Positions 1 to 10,623 are shown, numbered from the stretch's first letter. The stretch is 64,000 nt of DNA from Actinomycetes bacterium (GCA_021798985.1 JAJZBI010000006.1:74716-138715); one strand, 5' to 3'. Numbers and translations are program-made. The notes: a model not told the origin generated them from the letters alone.

Positions 1-959
1 CGGTCGCCGCACTGGTCAACCAGCACTTTGCGCCGCTGCTCATCGGTCGTGACGCACTCGCCACCGAGATGCTGAACGACATTATGTGGCGCTCGACAAA
101 ACGACATGGCTCAGTTGGACTGTCAGCGATTGCCCAGAGTGGCATTGACTTGGCGCTGTGGGATCTCAAAGGAAAGCTCTTCGGTGAGCCGGTATACCGG
201 TTGATCGGCGGCCCGTCGCGAGAGAGCGTGCGATGCTATTGCACGAGTGACGATCTCGATTGGTCGCTCGAGCTGGGGTTTGACGCGTTCAAGCTAAGCA
301 ATCCGGTGTTTTACGAGCAAGGCAATCGAGGTCTCGACCTGATCGAGGAGAAGATTGCGGCGGGACGCGCAACAGTCGGGGCTTCGGCCGAGTTGATGTT
401 CAATCCGGTGATGGCGTTCAATGTCCGCTTCGCTATCGAAGTATGCGAGCGCGTTCGGCCATATCGCCTCAGCTGGCTCGAGGAGCCGCTGATACCTGAA
501 GACCTCGAAGGACACCTTCAGCTCCGCTCGGCTGTTCCCTGGATGGGAATTGCAACCGGCGAGGACCATCACACTCGGATCCCCTTCCGGCAGCTGATTG
601 AGAGGCGTGCCGTTGACGTCGTCCAGCCCGACCTCCAATGGTGTGGGGGGCTGACTGAAGCACTCAAGATCTATGCAATGGCAGAAGCCGCCGGAATCCG
701 AACCATTCCCCACGCTGGCTGTAACTCGCCTTTTGGCCAACACTTTGCGTTTGCGATGCCGGACTGTGATCTCGGCGAGTTCCACCTTTCCAGTCCGATC
801 GGTGTGCCGCTCGCTGAATGGAACTCGATTCCCGGCATGGCAGTCCCGGAGAAGGGACGCCTTGTGCCATCGGACGCCCCAGGATTTGGGATGGATATCC
901 CGCAGGACTGGCTTGAGCCATGGACGACCGACGCAGCGAATGGCGTGGGTGTCTGGTAG
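1..959 (+). CDS. Enolase-superfamily (mandelate racemase/muconate-lactonizing family) sugar-acid dehydratase-like enzyme, 5'-truncated by the window edge
   Basis: The frame is open from nt 3; VAALVNQHFAPLLIGRDALATE precedes the first Met. Motifs DLALWDLKGK, IATGEDHH and VVQPDLQWCGGLTE are typical of the MR/MLE barrel. Confidence 0.85.
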   Translation, partial: VAALVNQHFAPLLIGRDALATEMLNDIMWRSTKRHGSVGLSAIAQSGIDLALWDLKGKLFGEPVYRLIGGPSRESVRCYCTSDDLDWSLELGFDAFKLSNPVFYEQGNRGLDLIEEKIAAGRATVGASAELMFNPVMAFNVRFAIEVCERVRPYRLSWLEEPLIPEDLEGHLQLRSAVPWMGIATGEDHHTRIPFRQLIERRAVDVVQPDLQWCGGLTEALKIYAMAEAAGIRTIPHAGCNSPFGQHFAFAMPDCDLGEFHLSSPIGVPLAEWNSIPGMAVPEKGRLVPSDAPGFGMDIPQDWLEPWTTDAANGVGVW

Positions 960-1243
960 ACGGGCTTCCGCAAGCTAAAGCGGGCGGGCGGTGCTCGCGT
1001 AGAGGATTCGATTGGGGCCGCCAGCGACCGCCAGGGCACCTCGTGAGCGCGTGGTGGGCTGAGCGGATCCCATGGGCGAATACGAAGGCGTGCTTTCGAC
1101 TGAGGGTCGCCCCGGCCTGGTTGGCCGGCCGATAACTGGCGGATCCCTCGACGGTGGTGCTGCGACCGATCGCGGAATAGGTTGGAGCACCTGGCGCGCT
1201 GGTGGATGTGCAGGCGCGACGGAGGGGGAGACTGCCGATCGAT

Positions 1244-2155
1244 CTATTCGGCGAGACGATAGACCCGCACGGTATTGCGATAGAAGAAGCTATCGAGTTC
1301 AGTATCGGTCATGGGGGGGAGCGCTTCGAGCGTCAGTTCGACCAGGCGAGGAAGCGTGATTGTCCGGCGCTCGACGGGGTAGTTGCTCCCGAATAGGACT
1401 CGATCGACGCCGAAGCAGTCGAGCAGGCTCTGGAGGAAGAATCGGTAGCGATCGAATGACCACGAGGGGTCGACGACCTGAAATCCTGAGGCCTTGACCG
1501 TCACGTTCGGACACTGTGCCAACCGGCGAATGCCATAGATCCAGAACTGCTCGTTCTCTTCCGAGTGGGGAACGAGGTAGCCGCCGTGGTTCAAGACAAT
1601 GGGGACCTCTGGATAGCGGTCGGCGATGCCAGCGAAATCGCCAAGCTGCGGCGGCAGGATTTGTAGGTCAAAGGACAAGTTGTAGTCCGCGAGCGCTGCA
1701 TATCCAGCTCGCCACTGTTCATTGCTGATCAGCGTGGTTAGCTCACGCTGCCCGGTGTTGCGATTGCGATCGAGCATCTGCCGTACGCCGCGGACTTGGT
1801 GCACCGTGACCTGGCGTGCGAGCTCGTCGGTGACCCGAGGGTCCTCGAGGCACGCGTTGCACACAAACGCGTCAAGGAGGAGATCGCCGTCGCCGTTCTG
1901 GCTGGCGAGCCAGTGTGTTTCCTGGAACGCCGCCTCAGGGGCGGCCGCGGCTTCGACATGCACCGATCGGATAAGCGGCAGGCCTTGCGCGTCGGCGCGA
2001 TAGTCGGGCAGGAGGTATTGACGCGAATAATCAGGAGTTGTTCCCGGACTTCCGCTCTCTGGCGCGTTGCGTACCTTGGCGGGATACGGCAAGACGCGAT
2101 CGTCCCAGAGGTGGTGGTGCGCGTCAGCAATCCGCGTCAGCATGCTCGTCTCCAC
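1244..2155 (-). CDS. Amidohydrolase-2 family metal-dependent hydrolase (sugar-lactonase-like)
   Basis: N-terminal IADAHHHLWD metal-binding motif and about 300 aa TIM-barrel hydrolase size. Start is GTG at 2155, or ATG at 2143 preceded by GGAG. Confidence 0.8.
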   Translation of the reverse strand: METSMLTRIADAHHHLWDDRVLPYPAKVRNAPESGSPGTTPDYSRQYLLPDYRADAQGLPLIRSVHVEAAAAPEAAFQETHWLASQNGDGDLLLDAFVCNACLEDPRVTDELARQVTVHQVRGVRQMLDRNRNTGQRELTTLISNEQWRAGYAALADYNLSFDLQILPPQLGDFAGIADRYPEVPIVLNHGGYLVPHSEENEQFWIYGIRRLAQCPNVTVKASGFQVVDPSWSFDRYRFFLQSLLDCFGVDRVLFGSNYPVERRTITLPRLVELTLEALPPMTDTELDSFFYRNTVRVYRLAE

Positions 2156-2190
2156 TTCTCATGACGCGCGGCTGGCGCTGACTCGAATGA

Positions 2191-3168
2191 TTAGTGAGCC
2201 AGCAGTTCCTCGCAGCGATTCAACAACGAAAAGAAATGCATTGCACCTAAGAGTTCCTGGACCTCGCGCCGAATCCGCGCTTTCGCCAGGGTGCGATGTG
2301 GACGGCGCAGATTCGATGTGGAGAGAACCCCTCGCTCGATAAGAATCACTTTTTGTACGTAGAGAAACGTATCAAAGTCGCGATTACCGAGCTGAATTAA
2401 TGGCAAGATCCGCGCGAACATCTGCAGCGCGTCGGACCGCTCGCCTTGGTCCCAGAGATGGCCCACGGCGCGAAAGATCTCCGGAAACGCTGGACCGGGC
2501 ATCGAGCCAATCGCACCGGATTCGAGTTCGTGAGGATAGTCCTGACCCCCGGCGCCGCCAAAGATGGCGACGTTGGGTACTGTGGCGAGCGAGATAACCT
2601 GTTCAATCTTGTGTGCTGCACCTCCGGGTGCTTCTGTTTTCAGTGCGATAGCTTGCGGTATTTCGCTTAACACGCGCGCCAAGAGGCGTGGCGACAAGGA
2701 AACGCCTGTCTGCAGCGCATCTTGCAGCACGATCGGTATGCCGGCTTGCTGAGCGACGGAAGCGATGGCGTCGAAGAGCTCGCCTTCTTCGACTCCTTCG
2801 AAGCCTCGTAGTCGAAGCATGCCCGCGTGTGCCCCTGAGTCCTGGGCGTTCGTGAGTTGCTCGACGCCACCTACGACGCTCGACATCTCGGCATTACCGA
2901 CGATCATGAGCTCGCCGTTCCCTCGCGCAGACGCGAAGGCGGTGACTTGCGTCAGCTCCTCGCTTCCCATGCGCGCACACTCGCTGCCATAGCCGAGCCC
3001 AGCCCAGCGAAAGCCTGCGGCGCGCAGGAAGTCGATCTCCGCGCCGAGCTGGTCAAGATCCACGTGGTCGTCGTCGGTGAACGGTGTAACCACAATGGGG
3101 ACTACGCCGCCAAATGGGAACGGAGCCTTCTTGTCGACAGTCGCCGTGTTTGTACCGCGCTCCGTCAC
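2191..3168 (-). CDS. DapA/DHDPS-family (2-keto-3-deoxy-acid) aldolase-like protein
   Basis: FPFGGVVPIVVTPFTDDDHVDLDQL N-terminus and AIALKTEA Lys region. The 412-aa ORF was trimmed to GTG 3168, preceded by TTGGGGGGAAAC on the coding strand. The upstream 87 aa look non-protein-like. Confidence 0.75.
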   Translation of the reverse strand: MTERGTNTATVDKKAPFPFGGVVPIVVTPFTDDDHVDLDQLGAEIDFLRAAGFRWAGLGYGSECARMGSEELTQVTAFASARGNGELMIVGNAEMSSVVGGVEQLTNAQDSGAHAGMLRLRGFEGVEEGELFDAIASVAQQAGIPIVLQDALQTGVSLSPRLLARVLSEIPQAIALKTEAPGGAAHKIEQVISLATVPNVAIFGGAGGQDYPHELESGAIGSMPGPAFPEIFRAVGHLWDQGERSDALQMFARILPLIQLGNRDFDTFLYVQKVILIERGVLSTSNLRRPHRTLAKARIRREVQELLGAMHFFSLLNRCEELLAH

Positions 3169-3297
3169 GTTTCCCCCCAACTGTCGTGCAACCGATGCGC
3201 ATATGGGCCTGTGGAACGCCAATGCGCATCGTGCCTTGGGGGGCGAGGCTAATCGGTGGCGCGATAGGCTTTCAAGATGAGGGGGAAGGTTTCGGAT

Positions 3298-4344
3298 ATG
3301 CGAAGCGAAAGCGGGGGCGAGATGGCGAATCGGGAAGAAGCTGCCGAATCGTGGAGTGTCGAGTTTGCCGCGCCGCGCTCGGCGCACATGGTGTCGGGCA
3401 GCGTCGACATGAGCGATATCGGACCACATGAGGTGGTAGTGCGAGCGCGTCGGAGCGTCATCAGCCCAGGAACGGAGCTGGCGTGGTATCGGGGTCAGTC
3501 CTTCGCCGGGACCAGCCCGCGGCGTGCCTTCCCACTTCGACCCGGCTATGCGATGGCCGGAACGGTGTTGAGAGCTGGAGTGGCGACCGGTCTAGAAGCC
3601 GACATGACGGTGCTGTCTTACACCCCTCACAGCTCGGTCGTGAGGTTCGACAAAGCGAACGTGGTGTGTGTGCCGATCGAGGGCGACCTCGCGCTCGCGG
3701 CGGTACCGTTCGCCCGGCTCGTTCAGGTGGGTGGGATTAGCCTTCTGGCGTCGGCTGCTCGGCCCGGCGACGTGGTCGTCGTGATGGGATTGGGTCCAGT
3801 TGGGAATCTTGTCGCGCAGCTCGCTGCGTGTTCGGGATTCGTTGTCGTTGGTGTGGAGCCGTCAGAGCAGCGTCGGCGTATCGCAGCCGACTGCGGTCTT
3901 CGCACGCTGGTATCACTCGATGACGCGGAGAGCGCAGTCGAGCGGCTCGGAGGCGCTCGCGTGGTGCTGGAGTGTTCGGGTAGTCCCTCGGCGCTGCTGC
4001 TCGCTACCGCGCTTTGTGCGCGCTATGGAGAGATCCTGACCGTTGGTGCACCCTGGGGAGCCGAGACCTCGGTTCACGTGAACGCCGTCATGGCCGGGGT
4101 CTTTGAGAAGTTTCTGGCGATTCGGAGCGGTTGGGAATGGCAATGGCCCCGCTACGACGACCGGACGGGCCGTTCCGTTGAATCCTGCGCGCAATGGGTG
4201 CTGAGAAGACTCTCGGACAACTCCATCGTCACCGCTCCGCTTGTCACCGACACGATCGGGCCCGATGAGATGCCGGAGGCCTACCGCCGCCTCGATAGCC
4301 ACCCCGATGAGAACCTGACGTTCCTGGTCGATTGGGAGCGATGA
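3298..4344 (+). CDS. Medium-chain (zinc-type) alcohol/sugar dehydrogenase family protein
   Basis: GPHEVVVRARRSVISPGTE N-terminal domain and the Rossmann motif VVVMGLGPVGNLVAQLA. ATG 3298 follows GGGGGAAGG with 8-nt spacing; ATG 3277 is an alternative. Confidence 0.7.
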   Translation: MRSESGGEMANREEAAESWSVEFAAPRSAHMVSGSVDMSDIGPHEVVVRARRSVISPGTELAWYRGQSFAGTSPRRAFPLRPGYAMAGTVLRAGVATGLEADMTVLSYTPHSSVVRFDKANVVCVPIEGDLALAAVPFARLVQVGGISLLASAARPGDVVVVMGLGPVGNLVAQLAACSGFVVVGVEPSEQRRRIAADCGLRTLVSLDDAESAVERLGGARVVLECSGSPSALLLATALCARYGEILTVGAPWGAETSVHVNAVMAGVFEKFLAIRSGWEWQWPRYDDRTGRSVESCAQWVLRRLSDNSIVTAPLVTDTIGPDEMPEAYRRLDSHPDENLTFLVDWER

Positions 4345-4345
4345 C

Positions 4346-5515
4346 GTGGAGGCGTCGGACGTCGCGTCCGGAGAACGCATCGCGGATGTGCGGAGCTATA
4401 TCTGCCAGGTGACGCCGCACCGAAGCCTTCACGTCGTGGTGGTCGAGACCGCCAGTGGTCACATCGGTGTCGGCGAATGTAGTCAGAGCGACCAAGATCT
4501 CGCAGTTCAGCAAAATCTCCGCGTGTTAACGGAGAAGGTACGCGGCTATAGCGTATTTGACTTGTGCGAGCGCCTTACGCCATGGCTCGCGTCAGGTCGC
4601 AGCGGGCGAGCTTGGGCGGTCGCGGTGAGCGGCGTCGAAATGGCGGTCTGGGACCTTCAAGCGAAGATTGTCGGGCGCCCTGCGTTCCAGCTCTGGGGAG
4701 GTTCGTGTCGCGAGCGAGTGCGTTGTTACGCGACCGTCGCGGTAGGCGTGGACACGACGTCGCAGGACGAGGTGTTCGCTGAGTGCGCGCGACTGATCAA
4801 TGACGGCTTTAGGGCCGTCAAGATCGTGCCATTCAGCGGACTATCGCGCGCAAAGCTCCTCGACCGAGAAACGCGTCTGGGGATTGGGAGAGGAATCGAA
4901 CTGCTGCGCGCGTTGCGTTCTTCGTATCCGGAGCTCGACATCGCCGTCGAGTCGAATTTTGCGTTCAGCGAGCGTGTCGCATCCTTGGTACTCCATGAAG
5001 TTGCCGAATTCGAGCTGCTATGGGTGGAGGCCCCTCTATGGTGGGATGATGAGCAGGCATTGAGTCGGTTGCGTTCCATCAGCGAAGTTCCAATCGCCTC
5101 TGGCGAACTCGGTCATGGCAAAACCGCCTATCGAGCGCTTATCGAGGCCAATGCAATCGATGTAATCCAACCGGACGTCAAATGGTGCGGAGGCTGTAGC
5201 GAGTTTCGCAAAATCGCGGCCTGGTCGGAGGTTCACCAAATATCGGTTGCACCCCATAACAACTCGGGCCCGATTGCCACCGCGGTGTCCGCCCACTTGG
5301 CAATGCACCTCTCCAATTGTGCGCTCTTGGAGGTCTCCTCGAGAATGCCCACTTGGGCAAACGAGTTGGGTATTGGCGCTGAAATGGTCGAGCACGGCTC
5401 GATTTCGCGCGACCGGCTCTGTTCGACGGCGGGATTTGGTGTATCCGTGCGAGAAGAGGTGCTGCGTGGGCTCCTTGATTCTCCACGGGAATCGAGCCCG
5501 TCGCTCATGAACTGA
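4346..5515 (+). CDS. Enolase-superfamily (MR/MLE) dehydratase-like enzyme
   Basis: GVGECS, VEMAVWDLQAKIVGRP, IASGE and IDVIQPDVKWCGG motifs. The GTG start lies 1 nt after the upstream stop. Confidence 0.85.
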   Translation: MEASDVASGERIADVRSYICQVTPHRSLHVVVVETASGHIGVGECSQSDQDLAVQQNLRVLTEKVRGYSVFDLCERLTPWLASGRSGRAWAVAVSGVEMAVWDLQAKIVGRPAFQLWGGSCRERVRCYATVAVGVDTTSQDEVFAECARLINDGFRAVKIVPFSGLSRAKLLDRETRLGIGRGIELLRALRSSYPELDIAVESNFAFSERVASLVLHEVAEFELLWVEAPLWWDDEQALSRLRSISEVPIASGELGHGKTAYRALIEANAIDVIQPDVKWCGGCSEFRKIAAWSEVHQISVAPHNNSGPIATAVSAHLAMHLSNCALLEVSSRMPTWANELGIGAEMVEHGSISRDRLCSTAGFGVSVREEVLRGLLDSPRESSPSLMN

Positions 5516-5804
5516 GCAAGCGCACAATCTTGGTTGATGAGTCGTCCGGGTCGAGGCCGACAGCACGGTCGGGAGGAACACGTGAGAACCAATGGATCGG
5601 TGCAAATCGCAGTGACAGACGGTACCAGGAGCGCTCCGCTGCGTGGAGCAGTGCGCCCGCACTGGTAGCCCGAGGACCACTCGCTGGCGCATATGGAATC
5701 GGCATCGCCATTCGCGCAACAGAGCATCCAGCGTCGTGCTGGCCTATAGACCAGCCGACGGTGAGTAGCTGGCAAGGTGGATCGGTGAAGAAGGAGATCG
5801 GCTG

Positions 5805-7343
5805 GTGCTGCCAAATATCTTGTGGATTCAAACCGATGAACATCGGCCCGACTCTCTCGGGTGCTACGGGTCTGCCTGGGCGCGGACTCCCGCGCTGGAT
5901 GCCCTTGCGCGCTCGGGAACCCGCTTTGAGAACGCGGTCTGCCAATCTCCCGTCTGCGTTCCCAGCAGGACGTCACAGCTGACGGCGCGCTATCCCCAAG
6001 AGGTCAACTGTCTCGGCAATGAAGTCGGCGAGTCTGAAATCGCCGGGACCGCCAATGCTGGTGTCGGCTCGGTTCTGCCGGCGGGTACCATGACGTTTCC
6101 TCAGCACTTCGCCCAGCACGGATATCAGACCGCGAGCTTCGGAAAGATTCATACACCAAAGAATCCAACGTGGCAGCTGGCCAAACCCCTGGTCAACGAC
6201 ACCACATATGCGGGCTATTTCGGCCTCGCGCCGGGCTTTGACGAGACCCAGCATCGGGTATTGCGTCCAGCGGGTGGATCACCGATCATCATCGCCGGCA
6301 CCTATCCGAACGACGCCGATACGCCTAGCAAGCAAGTCACCGACTGGGCGATTGAATGGCTCGAGCATGGTCGGGATAGCAACCGGCCCTTTCTGCTTCG
6401 TATTAGCCATAACTGGCCGCACACTCCGGTGTTGCCACCACCGCCGTACGATCGCATCTACGATGCGGTAGCGCTGCCCGTTCGGGGCTTCGACCGCGTG
6501 GCATATGAGACTCGCTCGGCTTGGGATCGCGAGATGGCTGATGTCCGGCATCTCGACTTGTTGACTGATGCGGAAATGGAGCATCAGTGGAAGAGCTACA
6601 TGGGGCTGTGTGCCTATGTCGATCTTGAGGTTGGGCGCGCGATTACGGCGCTGGAACGATGTGGCTTGCGTGAGAATACGATCATCGTCTTCTCCGCTGA
6701 TCATGGCAAGGCGCTTGGCGAATGGGGAGCGGGGGAAAAGGGTTTCTTTGACCAAGAGGTCTGGCGTGTCCCCTTCGTGTGGTCATGGCCGGGGCGAATT
6801 CCGGAGAACTCGGTCAGAACCAGTCCATGTGAGCTCCTCGACACGGCTGTGACGCTCTCGGAGCTCGCGGGGGTCGAACCGCACCCCTCCTGGAGAGGGC
6901 GTGATCTGTTCGGGGGTACAGGGGAGGTCGAAGCCGTCTTCGGTCAGATCGGCTGGCCGCGTGGATCATGGCATCGGGGTGCAAGCCAAGGGAGGATTGA
7001 CCCGTCGGAGGGCGTCGCGTTTGACGCCGATCCGAATGAGCTGAGAGGCGCCAATCGCCCGGCCCGTTCCGTGCGTTCCAACGCGCTTCGGGTGGCCGTG
7101 CGCACCCGTGACTTTCGGATGGACGAAACCTGGATGAAAGATGGAGTGCGGATTCAGCCGGACCAGGCCGATGGAAACCTGTTTGACCTGCGCGAGGATC
7201 CCGAGGAGCGTTGGAATCTCTGGAGCACGACGAAGCACGAAGCGACGCGGCGGCAGTTGCGAGCGCTTCTGCATGCCTGGTTTGAGCGGCTCGATCGACC
7301 CGTGGAGACCTTTGGGCCCAGCGGCCGACAGCACGAACGATGA
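5805..7343 (+). CDS. Sulfatase (Cys-type, formylglycine-dependent), no signal peptide
   Basis: N-terminus NILWIQTDEHRPDSLGCYG and the signature SPVCVPSRTSQLTARYP (C-x-P-x-R). GTG start is 8 nt after AAGGAG. Confidence 0.9.
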   Translation: MLPNILWIQTDEHRPDSLGCYGSAWARTPALDALARSGTRFENAVCQSPVCVPSRTSQLTARYPQEVNCLGNEVGESEIAGTANAGVGSVLPAGTMTFPQHFAQHGYQTASFGKIHTPKNPTWQLAKPLVNDTTYAGYFGLAPGFDETQHRVLRPAGGSPIIIAGTYPNDADTPSKQVTDWAIEWLEHGRDSNRPFLLRISHNWPHTPVLPPPPYDRIYDAVALPVRGFDRVAYETRSAWDREMADVRHLDLLTDAEMEHQWKSYMGLCAYVDLEVGRAITALERCGLRENTIIVFSADHGKALGEWGAGEKGFFDQEVWRVPFVWSWPGRIPENSVRTSPCELLDTAVTLSELAGVEPHPSWRGRDLFGGTGEVEAVFGQIGWPRGSWHRGASQGRIDPSEGVAFDADPNELRGANRPARSVRSNALRVAVRTRDFRMDETWMKDGVRIQPDQADGNLFDLREDPEERWNLWSTTKHEATRRQLRALLHAWFERLDRPVETFGPSGRQHER

Positions 7344-8220
7344 AGCGGATTAGACCACGGGGTCGGTGGCGCAGAGGGATGCATAGCTGGTTGACGATCC
7401 AGGGCGAGCTCAGGGTCGCCTTCGGGCGTGTGCGTGCGTGAAACGTCACGCGCGGAGGAGCGCGATGTATGGCGGGCTCCGAAGCACCCAACCCGGCGCT
7501 GCGGACTCCGCGCGGGTCTGCCGGAATCCTGGTGGCCGAGCGGCGCAATCAAGACCCGCACAAGGGCGCTCGATGGTTCGCCAGTCGACTCGGTGAAGCT
7601 CGTGAATGATCGCGCGCGGTCGGCGTAGAAGGCCAAAGTGAACATCTGCCGCGAGCCGGGTGTGCGGGACGAGCTCGTCCGGGGGGGAGAGCTCTTCGGA
7701 TGGGGCTCGGCCGCAATGAGCGTGTTTGGCGCTCGGGGCAATCGCGCGGAACGAGATAGACATCGCCGTGATCGTCGATGTGCTGAACCGTTCACGTGAG
7801 GAGGGATCCGCATCTCTGGCGAGGCGAGGGTCGTTGGCCCAGCGCTCCGACGGTCCTTGCGCGGTGATGAGTGCGATCTACCCGCGCGTCTTGCTGTCGT
7901 TGGCGATGGTCAGCTGGTGGCGTCCATGCGACGACCGAGCGGGCCATTGTGTTCCTGGCAACACGGTGCGAATGGATGCGATGTCAGTCGCGAGCGCAGC
8001 GTGATATTGCGTCGTTGCACCTTGACATGACGAGGCGAGCGGGCGGACAATGAGGCAGGTTCGCGGTGGAGCAATGGGCTTCAGATATGCGAAACCAGTC
8101 GCGGCTCGTCTCTAGCGGCGGCGCGACAAGTCGCCGCGGTAGCGAAGGCCGCTCAAGCGGCTGTTCGGGGAGAGATGGGTTCTGACGTATCGCGGTGATG
8201 TCCCGCGAGAGAGGACGACA

Positions 8221-10182
8221 GTGCGAACGCTGCACGTTGCACTCAATGGTCACGATGATGCTGATGGCGCGCCAGATCGCCCACTTCGCCGAATCCAGCG
8301 TGCTGCGGACCTCGCGATGCCGGGAGACGTGGTCGTTGTCCATGAAGGTGAATATCGCGAGTGGGTTCGGCCGAGGCGAGGGGGGCTCAGCGACCAGCGG
8401 AGGATTACCTACATGGCGGCCGTTGGAGAACGCGTGGTGATCAAGGGCTCGGAGCGGGTGACCAACTGGGAGCGGGAATCGGGCAGCGTGTGGCGTGCAA
8501 CCGTCCCGCACAGCGCCTTCGGCGAGTTTAATCCGTTCGCTGAAGAGGTGTACGGCGATTGGCTCTTTGAACCGAGTGGCCCCCCGCGGCGGCACCTTGG
8601 CGACGTCTACTTGAACGGTGTCAGCCTCTACGAGGTCGGCACTCTTGAGGAGCTGCAGGAACCTCTCCGCCGCACAGAGGTAATCGACTATCGGACCGGC
8701 CTAAGTGTTCCTGTGTTTGAGCCGGAGCGCACCTTGCTGGTCTGGCATTCAGAAGTTGGCGACGACGAGACGGTGATTTGGGCGAATTTCCAGGAAGCCG
8801 ATCCGAATCAAGCACTTATCGAGATCAATGTGCGACCATCGGTGTTCTCACCGCTTGCCCATCACCTCGACTTCATTACGGTGCGGGGCTTCGAGTTGGC
8901 GCAGGCTGCCACGCCGTGGGCGCCACCGACTGCCAATCAGGTCGGCCTGATCGGCCCGAACTGGGCAAAAGGCTGGGTGATCGAGGACAACATGATCCAC
9001 GACGCGAAGTGCTCGGGCATATCGCTTGGCAAAGAGATGTCGACAGGCGAGAACTTCTGGACGGAGCGTGGAGACAAGCCTGGCTATCAGTACCAGCTGG
9101 AGTCCGTTTTCGCTGCTCGCCAGATTGGCTGGGACCGCGAGCACATCGGGTCGCACCTTGTGCGGCGCAACACGATCTTCGAGTGCGGGCAGGCAGGCAT
9201 CGTCGGGCACCTGGGTTGTGTGTTCTCCACCATTGAGGACAACCACATCTCCAGGATTGCCTTGAAGCGGGAGTTCTATGGCGCGGAGATCGCAGGGATC
9301 AAGCTCCACGCCGCGATTGACGTCGAGATTCGCCATAACCGGATCCACGACTGCTCGCTCGGCATCTGGCTCGATTGGCAGGCCCAGGGAACTCGGGTAT
9401 CGCGGAACGTGCTCTATGAGAACGTGCGCGATCTGTTTGTCGAAGTGAGCCATGGTCCGTATTTGGTCGAGCACAACATCTTCGCGTCGCCCTTTGCGCT
9501 CGAGACCGCGAGCCAAGGTGGTGCCTATGTCCACAACTTGGTGGGGGGCTGCACGCGTCTGGTCCCAACGTTGGACCGACCGACTCCCTATCATGTGCCC
9601 CACAGCACCGAGGTCGCTGGATATGCGGCAATTTATGGCGGCGATGACCGCTATATCGCCAACATCTTTCTCGGCGGTCGCCTGCCCCGCGAGCCACGAG
9701 GCAACGACCAATTCCCTGTCGGGTATGGGACCGCGGCGTACGACGGGAGCCCCCCGACCTTCGAGGACTACCTGAGTCGACTCGCTGCTCAAGAAGCAAT
9801 TGAACTGCCCCGATATCGCGCAGTGCGGCAGCCGGCGTATCTGCGCGCCAACGTGTACGGCGCGGGCGCCGAGGCGTTCGCTGATGAGGATGCTGCGCTG
9901 CTCCTCGAGGCGGATCCCAGTTTCACCGTGGTTGATCGAGGCGCCGAGGTGTATCTCGAGGTTGATCTTCCTGAGCGGTTCGCAACGTCGCGTGTCGGCG
10001 TCGTGAGCAGTAGCGATCTGCCACGCGTGCGGTTTGTGGACGCCGAGTTCGAAGATCGAGACGGCGGCCCGGTGGTGCTGGATGTCGATCTGCTAGGCAG
10101 CTCGAAGCAGGTGGGCGAGTGCTATCCCGCAGGCCCGCTTGCGAACCTTGGTGCAGGAACTTCGCGAGTGCGGATCTGGTGA
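8221..10182 (+). CDS. Right-handed parallel beta-helix repeat protein (putative glycan lyase/hydrolase), no signal peptide
   Basis: N-terminus LHVALNGHDDADGAPDRPLRRIQRAADLAMPGDVVVVHEGEYRE is typical of DUF1565/pectate-lyase-fold proteins. Repeated I/V-x-x-N/H-x-I turns (IEDNMIHD, IEDNHISR, IRHNRIHD). GTG start follows GAGAGAGGA. Confidence 0.8.
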   Translation: MRTLHVALNGHDDADGAPDRPLRRIQRAADLAMPGDVVVVHEGEYREWVRPRRGGLSDQRRITYMAAVGERVVIKGSERVTNWERESGSVWRATVPHSAFGEFNPFAEEVYGDWLFEPSGPPRRHLGDVYLNGVSLYEVGTLEELQEPLRRTEVIDYRTGLSVPVFEPERTLLVWHSEVGDDETVIWANFQEADPNQALIEINVRPSVFSPLAHHLDFITVRGFELAQAATPWAPPTANQVGLIGPNWAKGWVIEDNMIHDAKCSGISLGKEMSTGENFWTERGDKPGYQYQLESVFAARQIGWDREHIGSHLVRRNTIFECGQAGIVGHLGCVFSTIEDNHISRIALKREFYGAEIAGIKLHAAIDVEIRHNRIHDCSLGIWLDWQAQGTRVSRNVLYENVRDLFVEVSHGPYLVEHNIFASPFALETASQGGAYVHNLVGGCTRLVPTLDRPTPYHVPHSTEVAGYAAIYGGDDRYIANIFLGGRLPREPRGNDQFPVGYGTAAYDGSPPTFEDYLSRLAAQEAIELPRYRAVRQPAYLRANVYGAGAEAFADEDAALLLEADPSFTVVDRGAEVYLEVDLPERFATSRVGVVSSSDLPRVRFVDAEFEDRDGGPVVLDVDLLGSSKQVGECYPAGPLANLGAGTSRVRIW

Positions 10183-10623
10183 GTCCAGGCGGAATGTGTG
10201 CTGTGTGGCTCATCCGCCATGATTCGGTCTTCGCGTGCCCTGGTTGGCGACGAGAGACGCTAATGATCACGATCATGAGATGAGATGCCCGGAAGGCGGC
10301 CGGTTGAGGGACCAAGGAGATCGCAGGCCGGCGTTGGTGGCGGCCTCGCGAATCCACCCTCGCCGGTGGGCTGCTGAGTGGAGGCGCACGCGAAAGCGCA
10401 GGAGTGCGGCGTCCGACATCTCAGGCGCGACGAGCTCGCGCAGAGCTGGGCGCCGGGGAGTTACCAAGCGTGTTGCGCTGCAGAGCCAGGGGGTGTGCGG
10501 TCCAGCAGGGGTGCCCCGCCACACGGCGCGGTCGCCCGGGAAGGTTTACGGATGCGCGCGTGCGCGCGAGTGGGTGTCGTGTCGTTACGTCGGGCATCGC
10601 AAAGCACCCGTATGGGGGAGGAG

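Noticed and set aside
2191-3429. The full 412-aa ORF as the DapA-family gene
   Set aside because: The first 87 codons are Arg/His/Pro-rich and would run through the divergent promoter region. A GTG with a G-rich RBS at 3168 gives a normal DapA-family protein of about 325 aa.
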